Notes under the pieces: generated by a model
Told to the model about the DNA's origin: nothing
Databases searched by the model: none
What the model saw: the letters and a program-made list of their open reading frames with translations, nothing else
Made by a program: the position numbers and the translations under genes
Origin: Candidatus Firestoneibacteriota bacterium
Lineage (GTDB): Bacteria; Oederibacteriota; D2-FULL-39-29; JBBTED01
Assembly (NCBI GenBank): GCA_038042445.1
Contig: JBBTED010000063.1
Location: 1-61,615, forward strand
Direction: 5' to 3'
DNA: 61,615 nt
Part shown: positions 47,107 through 55,851 of the stretch, in pieces
How positions within the stretch are numbered: the first letter of the stretch is position 1
Layout: every line of letters begins with the position of its first letter

Positions 47107-48998
47107 TTTGCAACTAACAGGATTTCTACTTTTCTATTTCTTATATCACTTTTATCTGATTTAGTTGAACCATAAGCTAAAACTATTATTCTCTGCCTTT
47201 CTATTTTTTCTTTATTTATAAAAAAATCAAATACTGCATTTGCTCTATCCATAGAAACCTTCAAAAGATCACTTGCAGTTTCTGTTTTGTCTGAATACCC
47301 TTTAATTTGAACAGAATACGATGAATATTTTCTTATCATTTCAGCAGCTTTAGATAATTCTTTTTCATCTGATGGTCTCAATGTAGCATTACCATTATTA
47401 AAAAATATATTGGCAAGTGTAATAACCAAAACTTTGCTTGACGCCCTCAACAAATCCACAATAATTACGCCATTACTTTCTAATGTCCCACCTGCATTAC
47501 TTACAATACTAACTGCAAAATTATATATTCCCGGATCTGCAATTTTACCGTTATTATCTTTACCATCCCATTTAAAAGTATCTGGTGGATTTATAAAGGT
47601 TTTTATAACTTTATCATCTTTTAAAATATTAAATGTTTTTGTCCTTATATCATTTTTATCAAGATTCATCTTCATAATTATTTTTGTTTCTTCCCGGGAT
47701 GAAGGAGAAAAAATTTGTGGAGATACAAATACTGATAATTTTGGTTTAAATGTCTTTACTGATATAGTTTTTGTTGGAGATACTGATTTAAACCCGCTAC
47801 TGTCTGTAGCACTAAAAGAAACAATATAATCTCCGGGATCAATAACTTTACCTTTATCACTTTTACCATCCCATTTGATTTCTTTTGAAATATCTTTATA
47901 TCCATAAAATGTTTTAAAAACCGTATCGCTTTTATCCTTAATCGCCAATTGCCAGCTTTCAGGATTTCCTTCAACAGTAATTTTAAAATTAAAAATAATT
48001 TCGCTTGTAACTCCTAATATAAATTCAGTAGAGCTCATATCAAATACAGCAGAAATTGGGCAACAAGACAAAACAGTTCCATTATCGCCAACTATCCAAC
48101 CACCCCAATCCGCAAAATATCCACCATATAAACTTTCCTGTGTATCAATTGCTTCCGGATTCCATGTGCGTCCTCTATCAGTTGAATGCAATAGTGCGCC
48201 ACTTCCAACAATTGCCCAAATATTAGAGTATCCAATAGCATAAATGTTTTTTATTGCTTCTCCACCAATTTTAGTAAGCAATTTCCAGGTTGAACCTGAA
48301 TCAGAAGATTTTATTATGGTTCCAAATGCCCCAGCAGCATATCCTTCATAGCTTCCTAAAAAATTTATTCCATAAAGATTATCTGTAACTTCTACATTTT
48401 TAACCTGCCACTTAGTTCCACCATCAGAACTCATAACAATAGTTCCACCATTGCCAACAGCCCATATATTATTAGACTTTGCATAAACTCCATAAAGATC
48501 AGTTGCTACAGAAGTCTGTAAAGAAATCCATGTTTTGCCACCATCACGTGTAGTAACAATTGTACCATTTGTACCTACAGCAAATCCTTTATAAAAACTG
48601 GAAAATGTTATCCCAAAAAGTGAATTCATTACATCACATTTAGCATTTTGCCAGGTATTTCCTCCATCAGTAGTATATATTGCAGTTCCTCCAATACCAA
48701 CAGCACAACCTGAACGGTCATTTGAAAAATATACTCCGTTGAGATTTACCCCTGTTCCACTATCTTGCTGTTTCCATGTATCGCCAGCATCATTTGTATA
48801 AAAAACCGCTCCCTGATTTCCAACTATCCAACCATTCTTTCCATCTTCAAGAAAATGCACTGCTCGTAAATCCACATTTGTTACTGGCAAGGTCTTTTTT
48901 GTCCATGTTGCTGATTCTACAGAAAATGCAAAATGTAGAATGTAAAGCATAAAAACTATGATTGTATTTTTTTTAATAGCATTTCTTGCCATTATCAT
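47103..48998 (-). CDS. YCF48/BNR-type beta-propeller + two FlgD-like Ig domains + OmpA-like domain
   Basis: Repeated GWIVG..G....T.DGG.TW; two WDGK...G....PG.Y; C-terminal IFF...A.L...IKGYSD...SMDRA...NRKVEI; start placed after AGGGGG. Confidence 0.8.
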   Translation of the reverse strand: MIMARNAIKKNTIIVFMLYILHFAFSVESATWTKKTLPVTNVDLRAVHFLEDGKNGWIVGNQGAVFYTNDAGDTWKQQDSGTGVNLNGVYFSNDRSGCAVGIGGTAIYTTDGGNTWQNAKCDVMNSLFGITFSSFYKGFAVGTNGTIVTTRDGGKTWISLQTSVATDLYGVYAKSNNIWAVGNGGTIVMSSDGGTKWQVKNVEVTDNLYGINFLGSYEGYAAGAFGTIIKSSDSGSTWKLLTKIGGEAIKNIYAIGYSNIWAIVGSGALLHSTDRGRTWNPEAIDTQESLYGGYFADWGGWIVGDNGTVLSCCPISAVFDMSSTEFILGVTSEIIFNFKITVEGNPESWQLAIKDKSDTVFKTFYGYKDISKEIKWDGKSDKGKVIDPGDYIVSFSATDSSGFKSVSPTKTISVKTFKPKLSVFVSPQIFSPSSREETKIIMKMNLDKNDIRTKTFNILKDDKVIKTFINPPDTFKWDGKDNNGKIADPGIYNFAVSIVSNAGGTLESNGVIIVDLLRASSKVLVITLANIFFNNGNATLRPSDEKELSKAAEMIRKYSSYSVQIKGYSDKTETASDLLKVSMDRANAVFDFFINKEKIERQRIIVLAYGSTKSDKSDIRNRKVEILLVAK

Positions 48999-49008
48999 AT
49001 TCCCCCTT

Positions 49009-49030
49009 GTTGCCTTACGGCAACCGCTAC
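49009..49030 (-). repeat. GTAGCGGTTGCCGTAAGGCAAC REP-like hairpin
   Basis: GTAG tag plus gttgcc-ttac-ggcaac stem; single copy. Confidence 0.55.
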
Positions 49031-49073
49031 CAATAACCTGCATCCGCCTAAGACAAACGCCCACATTAGCATA

Positions 49074-49700
49074 TTACAAATTGCGAATTTTATATCTATC
49101 CATACTATCTTTTAGCTTTTTTACCAAATCAACAAGTTCTTTTATTTTAGCATCACTACTTTCTGCAGAAATCTCTTCAAGTTTTACACTAATTGTATTT
49201 GTAAGATTTTTATCTTCATTAATTGCATTTGATATTGCAATATTTACTTCTTCAATTTCCGGCTCAAGTATTTTAAGGTCATCTTTCGTCCTAAATTTCA
49301 CAGGAATACTAAAATCGTAATTTTTTATACTTATCATCCATTTATTGAGCCGAACTAATGGGCCTGCAAAACGATGTGACATAAAAACACTAAAAATAGA
49401 AAATGCTCCACCTAACACCACAATAACTATAGGCATCCACAATAACACAAATTTGTCAACATCAGTGAATATGATTTCACTCGTAAGTTTTTGTTCCATT
49501 ACATCAGTTAATCTAAATAGTATAGCTTTCTTTACTAAGTAATATATTCCACCTCCAAATGTAACAGCACTTATAATAGCTGATGCAAAAACTCCCGCTA
49601 AAACTAATTTCATATAACTAAATTGCAGTTGTTTATTTATCCAGTAATGTTTTCTCTTATAACCTTCACTATTTTTATTTTCTTCCATTTTGCCCTCCAC
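49074..49700 (-). CDS. Two-TM membrane protein with HAMP-like segment
   Basis: RKHYWINKQLQF, two TMs, SHRFAGPLVRL...FRTKDD. Confidence 0.6.
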   Translation of the reverse strand: MEGKMEENKNSEGYKRKHYWINKQLQFSYMKLVLAGVFASAIISAVTFGGGIYYLVKKAILFRLTDVMEQKLTSEIIFTDVDKFVLLWMPIVIVVLGGAFSIFSVFMSHRFAGPLVRLNKWMISIKNYDFSIPVKFRTKDDLKILEPEIEEVNIAISNAINEDKNLTNTISVKLEEISAESSDAKIKELVDLVKKLKDSMDRYKIRNL

Positions 49701-51005
49701 TTATTTCTTTGATTTTGTTGACGATGTTGTTTTTGACTTCGGTGCTAATTTTTTTACTTTTTCTAAAACTGCCTTAGCATCTATATTTGCTTTATCAGCT
49801 ATCTCTTTAGCTTTAAGAATATCTGATTTCATTATATCAGATGCTAAACTAAGTGAATCTTCTGCTGCTTTCAATTCATCAGGACAAAGTTTTTCTGCAT
49901 TTAATTTTTTCGCTGATACTATTGCATTCTTAACCTCTTCTAAAAGTTTTGCTAAAGATTCCTCTGCTCCCTTTTTTTCACTTGTTTCCTTTGCAAGTTT
50001 AGCATCTGTAATAACTTTGTTTGCAATTTCTTTAGCTTTTGCAAAGTTTTTTTCAGTAACTAAAGTTTTAGCAGAAGCATAAGAAGTTTCTATAGATTTT
50101 AATAAATCCGGACAATATTTCCCTGCAGAAACCTGTTTAGCTGAATCAATCATTTTTGTTGCATCATCAATTAATTTAGGCACTTCCACCTCAAGCGATT
50201 TTTTGGCTGATTCAATACCTTGCATAACCTGTTTTGCCAAAGATATAGCTTCGCCTGCTTTTTTAATTGCAATATCAAGTTTTTTATCGCTATAAAAAGC
50301 TGTTCTCGCATCCCGCAAAGCTGTATATGCCTTATTATATAAATCAGGCATATATATACTTCCATCCATATCACGCACATTATAAACTTCTGTTCTTGCC
50401 TGTTCAACAGAATTATTAGCATTATCAATTGTAGCCTTTGCATCAGTTATACTTTTATTTATTGAATCTGCAAGAGCTTTAGTAGTAGAAAAATCATTCT
50501 CATAAAATGCTTTCTGGGCTATAACAATATTTTTGTCTGAAGTATCCAGTAAAGCAGAATAATATTTTCCTATATTTTCATCGGTTTTTGCAGTAGTAAG
50601 TGCAGACATTGCATTATCTAAAGATTTCTTAGCATCCAAAGGAAGCTGAACTATCAATAATAAATCATAAGTTGCTTTTGATGCAAACTCCTCAGCACGT
50701 TCATATTGCTTTGACTCAAACAATGATTCTGCTGTTGCAAGATACCCTTTGGCTCTGTTATATACAGTTTTATTTGTTTCTCCTGCTTTTAATTTATTAG
50801 CAACTTCAATATCATTTTTTGCTTTTTTTATAACAGCTTCAGCTGATGCTTTTACATCAGCCTGTTTTTTCTGCGCCTCAATTTGCTCACTTCCAGTATT
50901 CCCTGCGGTCACAAGTTTTTCTTGCGCATTACCATTTCTTGAAATACTGCCTATACTTAAAAAAAATACAACTCCAACAACTAACATCATAAATTTTCTT
51001 GCCAT
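49701..51005 (-). CDS. Exported Ala/Lys-rich helical-repeat protein
   Basis: Signal peptide; repeated A.KY.PD.L..A...Y..A.....K.F..A...A units. Confidence 0.6.
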   Translation of the reverse strand: MARKFMMLVVGVVFFLSIGSISRNGNAQEKLVTAGNTGSEQIEAQKKQADVKASAEAVIKKAKNDIEVANKLKAGETNKTVYNRAKGYLATAESLFESKQYERAEEFASKATYDLLLIVQLPLDAKKSLDNAMSALTTAKTDENIGKYYSALLDTSDKNIVIAQKAFYENDFSTTKALADSINKSITDAKATIDNANNSVEQARTEVYNVRDMDGSIYMPDLYNKAYTALRDARTAFYSDKKLDIAIKKAGEAISLAKQVMQGIESAKKSLEVEVPKLIDDATKMIDSAKQVSAGKYCPDLLKSIETSYASAKTLVTEKNFAKAKEIANKVITDAKLAKETSEKKGAEESLAKLLEEVKNAIVSAKKLNAEKLCPDELKAAEDSLSLASDIMKSDILKAKEIADKANIDAKAVLEKVKKLAPKSKTTSSTKSKK

Positions 51006-51017
51006 ACTTACACTCTC

Positions 51018-52031
51018 CTATTTAGTTTTAACACTATCTTCCTTTGGCGGAGATAATGCCTTTAATGAAATATTTGATAATGTTTGTGATTTAATTATTG
51101 AATCATCTATCATTTCTGCAATTGAAACTGCCTTATCAATATCTTTAGCTGACACTTCTTCTGCAATTCTTGACAAAGTATACATTTTTGCACTAGGAGT
51201 ATCCAATTCCTGAATAAGTGATAATGCAAGATCCGCATCAACCTTTGCTTGTTTAATTGCCAAAGAACTCGCAGCACGTCTTTTACAAGTTGCATCATCT
51301 ATTGTTTTAATAAAATCCAATGCTTCATTTAAATCTGTTTCAGCTATTATATCTACTATACTAGCTACAGTTTTAGCCTTAAGATCAATATCATCTATTT
51401 TTTTTGCAATTTTCATTGCAGCATCTGCATCAGTTTTTGCCTGCTCTATAGCCAAAGTACTTAAAGCCTGAAATCTAACTTTATCATCCTGAATTTTTTC
51501 TAAAACTGCAAGCGCTTTTTCAGGATTAGAAATTGTCTGCTTTGCAACTATTGCACTAAGTGTTTGCGACTTAACAGCTTCATCATCCAATTTTTCAGCA
51601 ACTAATAATGCTCTTTCAAAATCTCCGACTTCTGCAAGTTCTTTTGCAATAAAATCATATCCTTCATTACGCATCTGCTTAGCACGATTTGTTTCATCTG
51701 AAGCTTTTTTAACAGACATTGGTCTTGGATTAACTATATACAATCTGTCTAACACATCTAATGCCCTGTCAACCTTACCAATTTTTATAAACCCACGTAT
51801 TATATCATACATCACTTTTACTCTTTTATTATCTTTTAAACTTGCGTCTTTTATATCCTCTGCAACAGACAACGCTCTTTCAAGCACAACCTTTATCTTA
51901 TCAGCTTTTTCTGAATCCAACTGTACCGTTTTAGTAATTACAACATTCCCTTTAGTCTCAGGTTCTAGGGCAAATATATTGTATGGAATTACTAATAACA
52001 TAATTATGATTACTACCAATATTTTACACAT
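51018..52031 (-). CDS. Exported helical-repeat (TPR/HEAT-like) protein
   Basis: Signal peptide; ~33-aa repeats D.D.AL.IA.KIDD...K...L..IA. Confidence 0.6.
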   Translation of the reverse strand: MCKILVVIIIMLLVIPYNIFALEPETKGNVVITKTVQLDSEKADKIKVVLERALSVAEDIKDASLKDNKRVKVMYDIIRGFIKIGKVDRALDVLDRLYIVNPRPMSVKKASDETNRAKQMRNEGYDFIAKELAEVGDFERALLVAEKLDDEAVKSQTLSAIVAKQTISNPEKALAVLEKIQDDKVRFQALSTLAIEQAKTDADAAMKIAKKIDDIDLKAKTVASIVDIIAETDLNEALDFIKTIDDATCKRRAASSLAIKQAKVDADLALSLIQELDTPSAKMYTLSRIAEEVSAKDIDKAVSIAEMIDDSIIKSQTLSNISLKALSPPKEDSVKTK

Positions 52032-52108
52032 AACCTCTCCTGTTTTAAAAAGTAGTTAGTAGTTAGGGAAAATCCTTTCTACTACCTACTTTTTCCTACT
52101 GCCTACCT

Positions 52109-53584
52109 TCATCTACAACCTACCTTTTTACGTTGGCTCGCAGTAAGTATTCTTAATTCTTCCCTATATTTATTTACAGTTCGCCTTGCAATATTTATTC
52201 CTTTTTTTACCAATTCATTCACTATATCCTGATCACTTAAAGGATTTGATAAATCTTCATTGAGCAGTATGTCTTTTACAGATTCCTTAACACTCATAGC
52301 ACTAATAGGACTATTAGTATTTATTGATATAGAAGAAGTGAAAAAATATTTCAAAGGAAAAATCCCTTTTGGAGTCTGAATATATTTATTTGCAACTACC
52401 CTACTCACTGTAGATTCATGCATACTAATTTTTTTTGCTATATCATCTAACGTAAGTGGCTTAAGTGAAACTTCTCCGTTTTTGAAAAATTCATTTTGAA
52501 AATTAAATATTTCGTCAATAACCTTACAGAATACCGTTTTCCTTTGCTCAATCCCATTTATTAATCCTATTGCTTTCTGGAATTTATTTTCCATAAATTT
52601 CTTTGTAGACTCAGGGAGAGATTTAATATCCTTAAGTAATTTTTTATATATAGAATTTATTTTTAATTTTGGCAAGCCTTCATCATTTAATGAAATTATA
52701 TATTTGTTATCATCTTCTTCTATAACTGCATCCGGATATATATATCTTGGTTCAATATTTCCTATTGACCTTCCTGGATGTGGATTAAGTTTAGATATTA
52801 ATACTGCAGCATTACAAATATCTTCTATGGGAATATTCAGACTTTTTGCAATATCTTTATATCGTTTTAATTTAAAATTATCCCAATGCTCTTTGATTAT
52901 TTCCTGTACAAGTAAATTCTCACTTCCAGTATTCCTTTCAGTCTCATTTTTAATTACTTTAAGCTGTAGAAGCAAACACTCTTTTATGTCACGTGCACCT
53001 ACACCTATTGGCTCAAAAGTCTGAATTATATTTAAAATTTTTTCCACATTACTCACAGGCAACTTCATATCAGTTGCAATTTCTTCTACAGAAACTGTAA
53101 GATATCCATCATCATTTATGTTAGCAATTACCTCTTCCCCTATATCATATTCTTCTTCCGTAGTAACAACAAAACTTAATTGCTCCCAAAGATACTCTGC
53201 CAAAGATTCAGGTTTTTCTATGGACTCCTCATAAAATTTTTTTCTATCTTCACTATCAGCATTTGTCCTAACATACCCAAAATCGGTAGCTCCATCATTT
53301 ATATACTTATCCCAATCCTGGAGTTTTATCTCAGAGCTATTTTTTAGAGAAATTTCTATATTATTTTCTTTATCTTCATCTAATACTAATTGATTTTCAG
53401 CAGAAACAGAATTAATATCTTTGGTAGAATCTCCTTCTTCAAGAAAAGGATTTTCAGAAATTTCCTTATTGAGTAATTCCTGTAATTCTAAAGTCGGAAG
53501 TTGTAATATATGCAACGCAGTTTGCAAAGCAGGAGTTAAAACAAGTTTTTGTTGCTGTGATAGTACTAATCCTAATCCTTTCAT
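52109..53584 (-). CDS. rpoN: RNA polymerase sigma-54 factor
   Basis: QQQKLVLTPALQ..L.ILQLP, ENPFLE, GVGARDIKECLLLQL, HESTVSR, RpoN box ARRTVNKYRE. Confidence 0.97.
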   Translation of the reverse strand: MKGLGLVLSQQQKLVLTPALQTALHILQLPTLELQELLNKEISENPFLEEGDSTKDINSVSAENQLVLDEDKENNIEISLKNSSEIKLQDWDKYINDGATDFGYVRTNADSEDRKKFYEESIEKPESLAEYLWEQLSFVVTTEEEYDIGEEVIANINDDGYLTVSVEEIATDMKLPVSNVEKILNIIQTFEPIGVGARDIKECLLLQLKVIKNETERNTGSENLLVQEIIKEHWDNFKLKRYKDIAKSLNIPIEDICNAAVLISKLNPHPGRSIGNIEPRYIYPDAVIEEDDNKYIISLNDEGLPKLKINSIYKKLLKDIKSLPESTKKFMENKFQKAIGLINGIEQRKTVFCKVIDEIFNFQNEFFKNGEVSLKPLTLDDIAKKISMHESTVSRVVANKYIQTPKGIFPLKYFFTSSISINTNSPISAMSVKESVKDILLNEDLSNPLSDQDIVNELVKKGINIARRTVNKYREELRILTASQRKKVGCR

Positions 53585-53587
53585 TTT

Positions 53588-53673
53588 AGATTCTTCACTT
53601 CGTTCAGAATGACCCTCTGGGTCATTTTACATTTTACAATTTACATTTTGCAATTTATGCTTTACGTTTTGCG
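53588..53673. repeat. Half GTCA/TGAC hairpin followed by a non-coding heptamer run (CATTTTA/CAATTTA/CATTTTG)
   Basis: agattcttcacttcgttcagaatgac-cctctgg-gtcattttacattttacaatttacattttgcaattta... Confidence 0.7.
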
Positions 53674-53700
53674 CTACTATAATATATGCCACAAAACGGG

Positions 53701-55014
53701 TCATTTGTCAAATGAACTTTCACCTTTAAATACTGTGCGAAGAGTCAGAAATAATATTTTTATATCAAGCAGTAGTGACTGATTATTTATATATAATATA
53801 TCATATCTAAGTTTGTCTTTTGCAGAAGTGTCATAACCACCTATAACCTGCGCCAAACCAGTTATACCTGGTTTTATCTTAAATCGCTCTAAATATCCAG
53901 GCACGGTTTTTGCAAATTCCTCAACAAAATTAGGCCTTTCTGGTCTGGGTCCAACTAAACTCATATTACCCTTTAGAACATTAAAAAACTGAGGTATTTC
54001 ATCTATATGTAATTGCCTCAAAATTTTTCCTGTTCTGGTTATTCTGGAATCTTCTTTTATGGCAAAAACAGGCCCTGTTTTTTCTTCAGCATTTGCAGAC
54101 ATTGTCCGAAATTTGTAAATTGTAAATATTTTCTCTTTCTCACCAACGCGCTTTTGTTTATATAACACATTCCCTTGTGAATCAAGTTTAATTACAAGTA
54201 TAACACCTATTGACAATGGCAATGTAATAATAAGAATAAGTATAGATATTAAAATATCAATAATCCGTTTTATGTTCTGAACTACACCTGAATTTGGCTC
54301 TCTTGATACTTCTACAAGAAACATATTACCAAGCTGCTCAATTCTACCTTTTCCAACTAAAATAGCATAAATATCCGGAAGCATTTTAAAATTAACATCT
54401 CTTTCTTCACATTTCAAAATAATATCAAGTATTTCCTGATGTGTAAAATCAGAATCAGCAATAATAACATCTGTTATTTTAAATTCATCAATTGTTTTTA
54501 TTATGTTATTTTTATCTTCCTTTTTATTCAAAAGTTTTACAATTCTTCTATTTAGGTGTCCCATATTTATTATTCTGGATAATCTTTTTCCTTCTTCATC
54601 GCCACCTATCATTAGTATTCTCTCTTCTTTGTTTTGGTGCGACAAATTAAAAAGTAGTCGCCAACCACATACGAAAATTATGTTGAACACACAGGATAAC
54701 AAAAAAACAGAAGTAGGGAATGCAGAAGCCACATCACGAAAAACATAAGTTGCTGCCATAGAAATCAAGCTGGCAATCACTATTGCACTGGAGACCCGTG
54801 AAATAATATCTAATGGAAAAATTTTACGCCTCTTAGTATAGAGCTCAAAAATATATATACACGTTAGATTAACCAGTGTCATAAATAAATATATACTTTT
54901 AAAAGCATTGAAATTGAATTCAGGAAGAACACCACCAAATCTAATAAGAAAAGCAAGAATCGTGCCAAGATTTACAAGAATTGCATCAAGAATTACAGAA
55001 AACAACGTATTCAT
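53701..55014 (-). CDS. Polyprenyl-phosphate sugar phosphotransferase (WcaJ/WbaP family)
   Basis: Four N-terminal TMs; KRIIDI, YKFRTM, IDEIPQFFNVLKGNMSLVGPRPERP, KPGITGLAQV. Confidence 0.93.
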   Translation of the reverse strand: MNTLFSVILDAILVNLGTILAFLIRFGGVLPEFNFNAFKSIYLFMTLVNLTCIYIFELYTKRRKIFPLDIISRVSSAIVIASLISMAATYVFRDVASAFPTSVFLLSCVFNIIFVCGWRLLFNLSHQNKEERILMIGGDEEGKRLSRIINMGHLNRRIVKLLNKKEDKNNIIKTIDEFKITDVIIADSDFTHQEILDIILKCEERDVNFKMLPDIYAILVGKGRIEQLGNMFLVEVSREPNSGVVQNIKRIIDILISILILIITLPLSIGVILVIKLDSQGNVLYKQKRVGEKEKIFTIYKFRTMSANAEEKTGPVFAIKEDSRITRTGKILRQLHIDEIPQFFNVLKGNMSLVGPRPERPNFVEEFAKTVPGYLERFKIKPGITGLAQVIGGYDTSAKDKLRYDILYINNQSLLLDIKILFLTLRTVFKGESSFDK

Positions 55015-55022
55015 ATTGACAT

Positions 55023-55050
55023 TTTATACTTTTACAGTCTCTTCTGTCAA
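55023..55050 (-). promoter_or_regulatory. Sigma70-type promoter, near-leaderless, for the sugar transferase
   Basis: TTGACA-16 bp-TATAAA, 8 nt before the ATG. Confidence 0.5.
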
Positions 55051-55056
55051 TATCTT

Positions 55057-55113
55057 AAACTCCCCTTTAATTCCCCTCTTTACTAAAAAGGGGATTGGGG
55101 AAAGTTGGGAGTT
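55057..55113. repeat. AACTCCCC...GGGAGTT hairpin element overlapping the lolA stop codon
   Basis: aaactcccctttaattcccctctttactaaaaaggggattggggaaagttgggagtt. Confidence 0.8.
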
Positions 55114-55771
55114 ACTCAAACAACTTAGCTTCTACAACTTCCACACCTTGAGGAATTTTAAATTCAAATACAGAAGAATCTATTGTTTTGTTGAGCTGAA
55201 TATCTTTAAAAATCACAAGTAATTCTGACGAATTTGTATCTGTAATTTTTATTTGCACGGGCAACCATAATTCTTTTGAAATCCAGGAAACCATTTTAAA
55301 ATCGCCTACAGCATTTTGTTTTGGAATAAATTCTATAACACAAGTATCTTTACCATTAACTTTTTCCTCACGTATAAACTGTGTATTAAAATTATCCGCA
55401 ATAACTTTAAATGAACGTTCAAACTCCATAAAATATGGCAACTTACCACTCTTATCTGAAATTTCCTGTTTTACAACCTGATTTAATTCACGAGCATACA
55501 TCCAAATCGTCTTTCCATTTGATACTATAATTTGACTGGTTGGCTTGGTAAATTCAACATACATTTTATCCGGTTTTTTTAAAATAAACCTGCCCTCCAA
55601 AATCTGTTTCTCAGGAATTCCTTGGACAGAAATCTCTTCTAATATATTCGTATTCATACTAATTAATTTATCCTGCGCAATTTCCATATTTTTTAAAACT
55701 TCATCTATTGTTATGGCATAAGAAAATGATGGAAATAAAAAAATTGCAAATAGTAAAATGTAATATATCAT
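55112..55771 (-). CDS. lolA: Outer-membrane lipoprotein carrier LolA family
   Basis: G.FILKKPDKMYVEF..P..QIIVSNGKTIWMY..ELNQV; FEFKIPQGVEV; downstream of ftsK. Confidence 0.85.
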   Translation of the reverse strand: MIYYILLFAIFLFPSFSYAITIDEVLKNMEIAQDKLISMNTNILEEISVQGIPEKQILEGRFILKKPDKMYVEFTKPTSQIIVSNGKTIWMYARELNQVVKQEISDKSGKLPYFMEFERSFKVIADNFNTQFIREEKVNGKDTCVIEFIPKQNAVGDFKMVSWISKELWLPVQIKITDTNSSELLVIFKDIQLNKTIDSSVFEFKIPQGVEVVEAKLFE

Positions 55772-55782
55772 AATTTTAAAAA

Positions 55783-55844
55783 CACTGGATTCTCACCATT
55801 TGTCAGGCAAGATGCCTGACCTATTGTCTACATGCGGAAATGAC
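55783..55844. repeat. Nested composite element, second copy of 4561-4618
   Basis: cactggattc...tttgtcaggcaagatgcctgacctattg...catgcggaaatgac. Confidence 0.75.
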
Positions 55845-55851
55845 AGTCGAA

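Noticed and set aside
53676..53692. Sigma54 site upstream of rpoN (TGGCAT...)
   Set aside because: No GC at the -12 position
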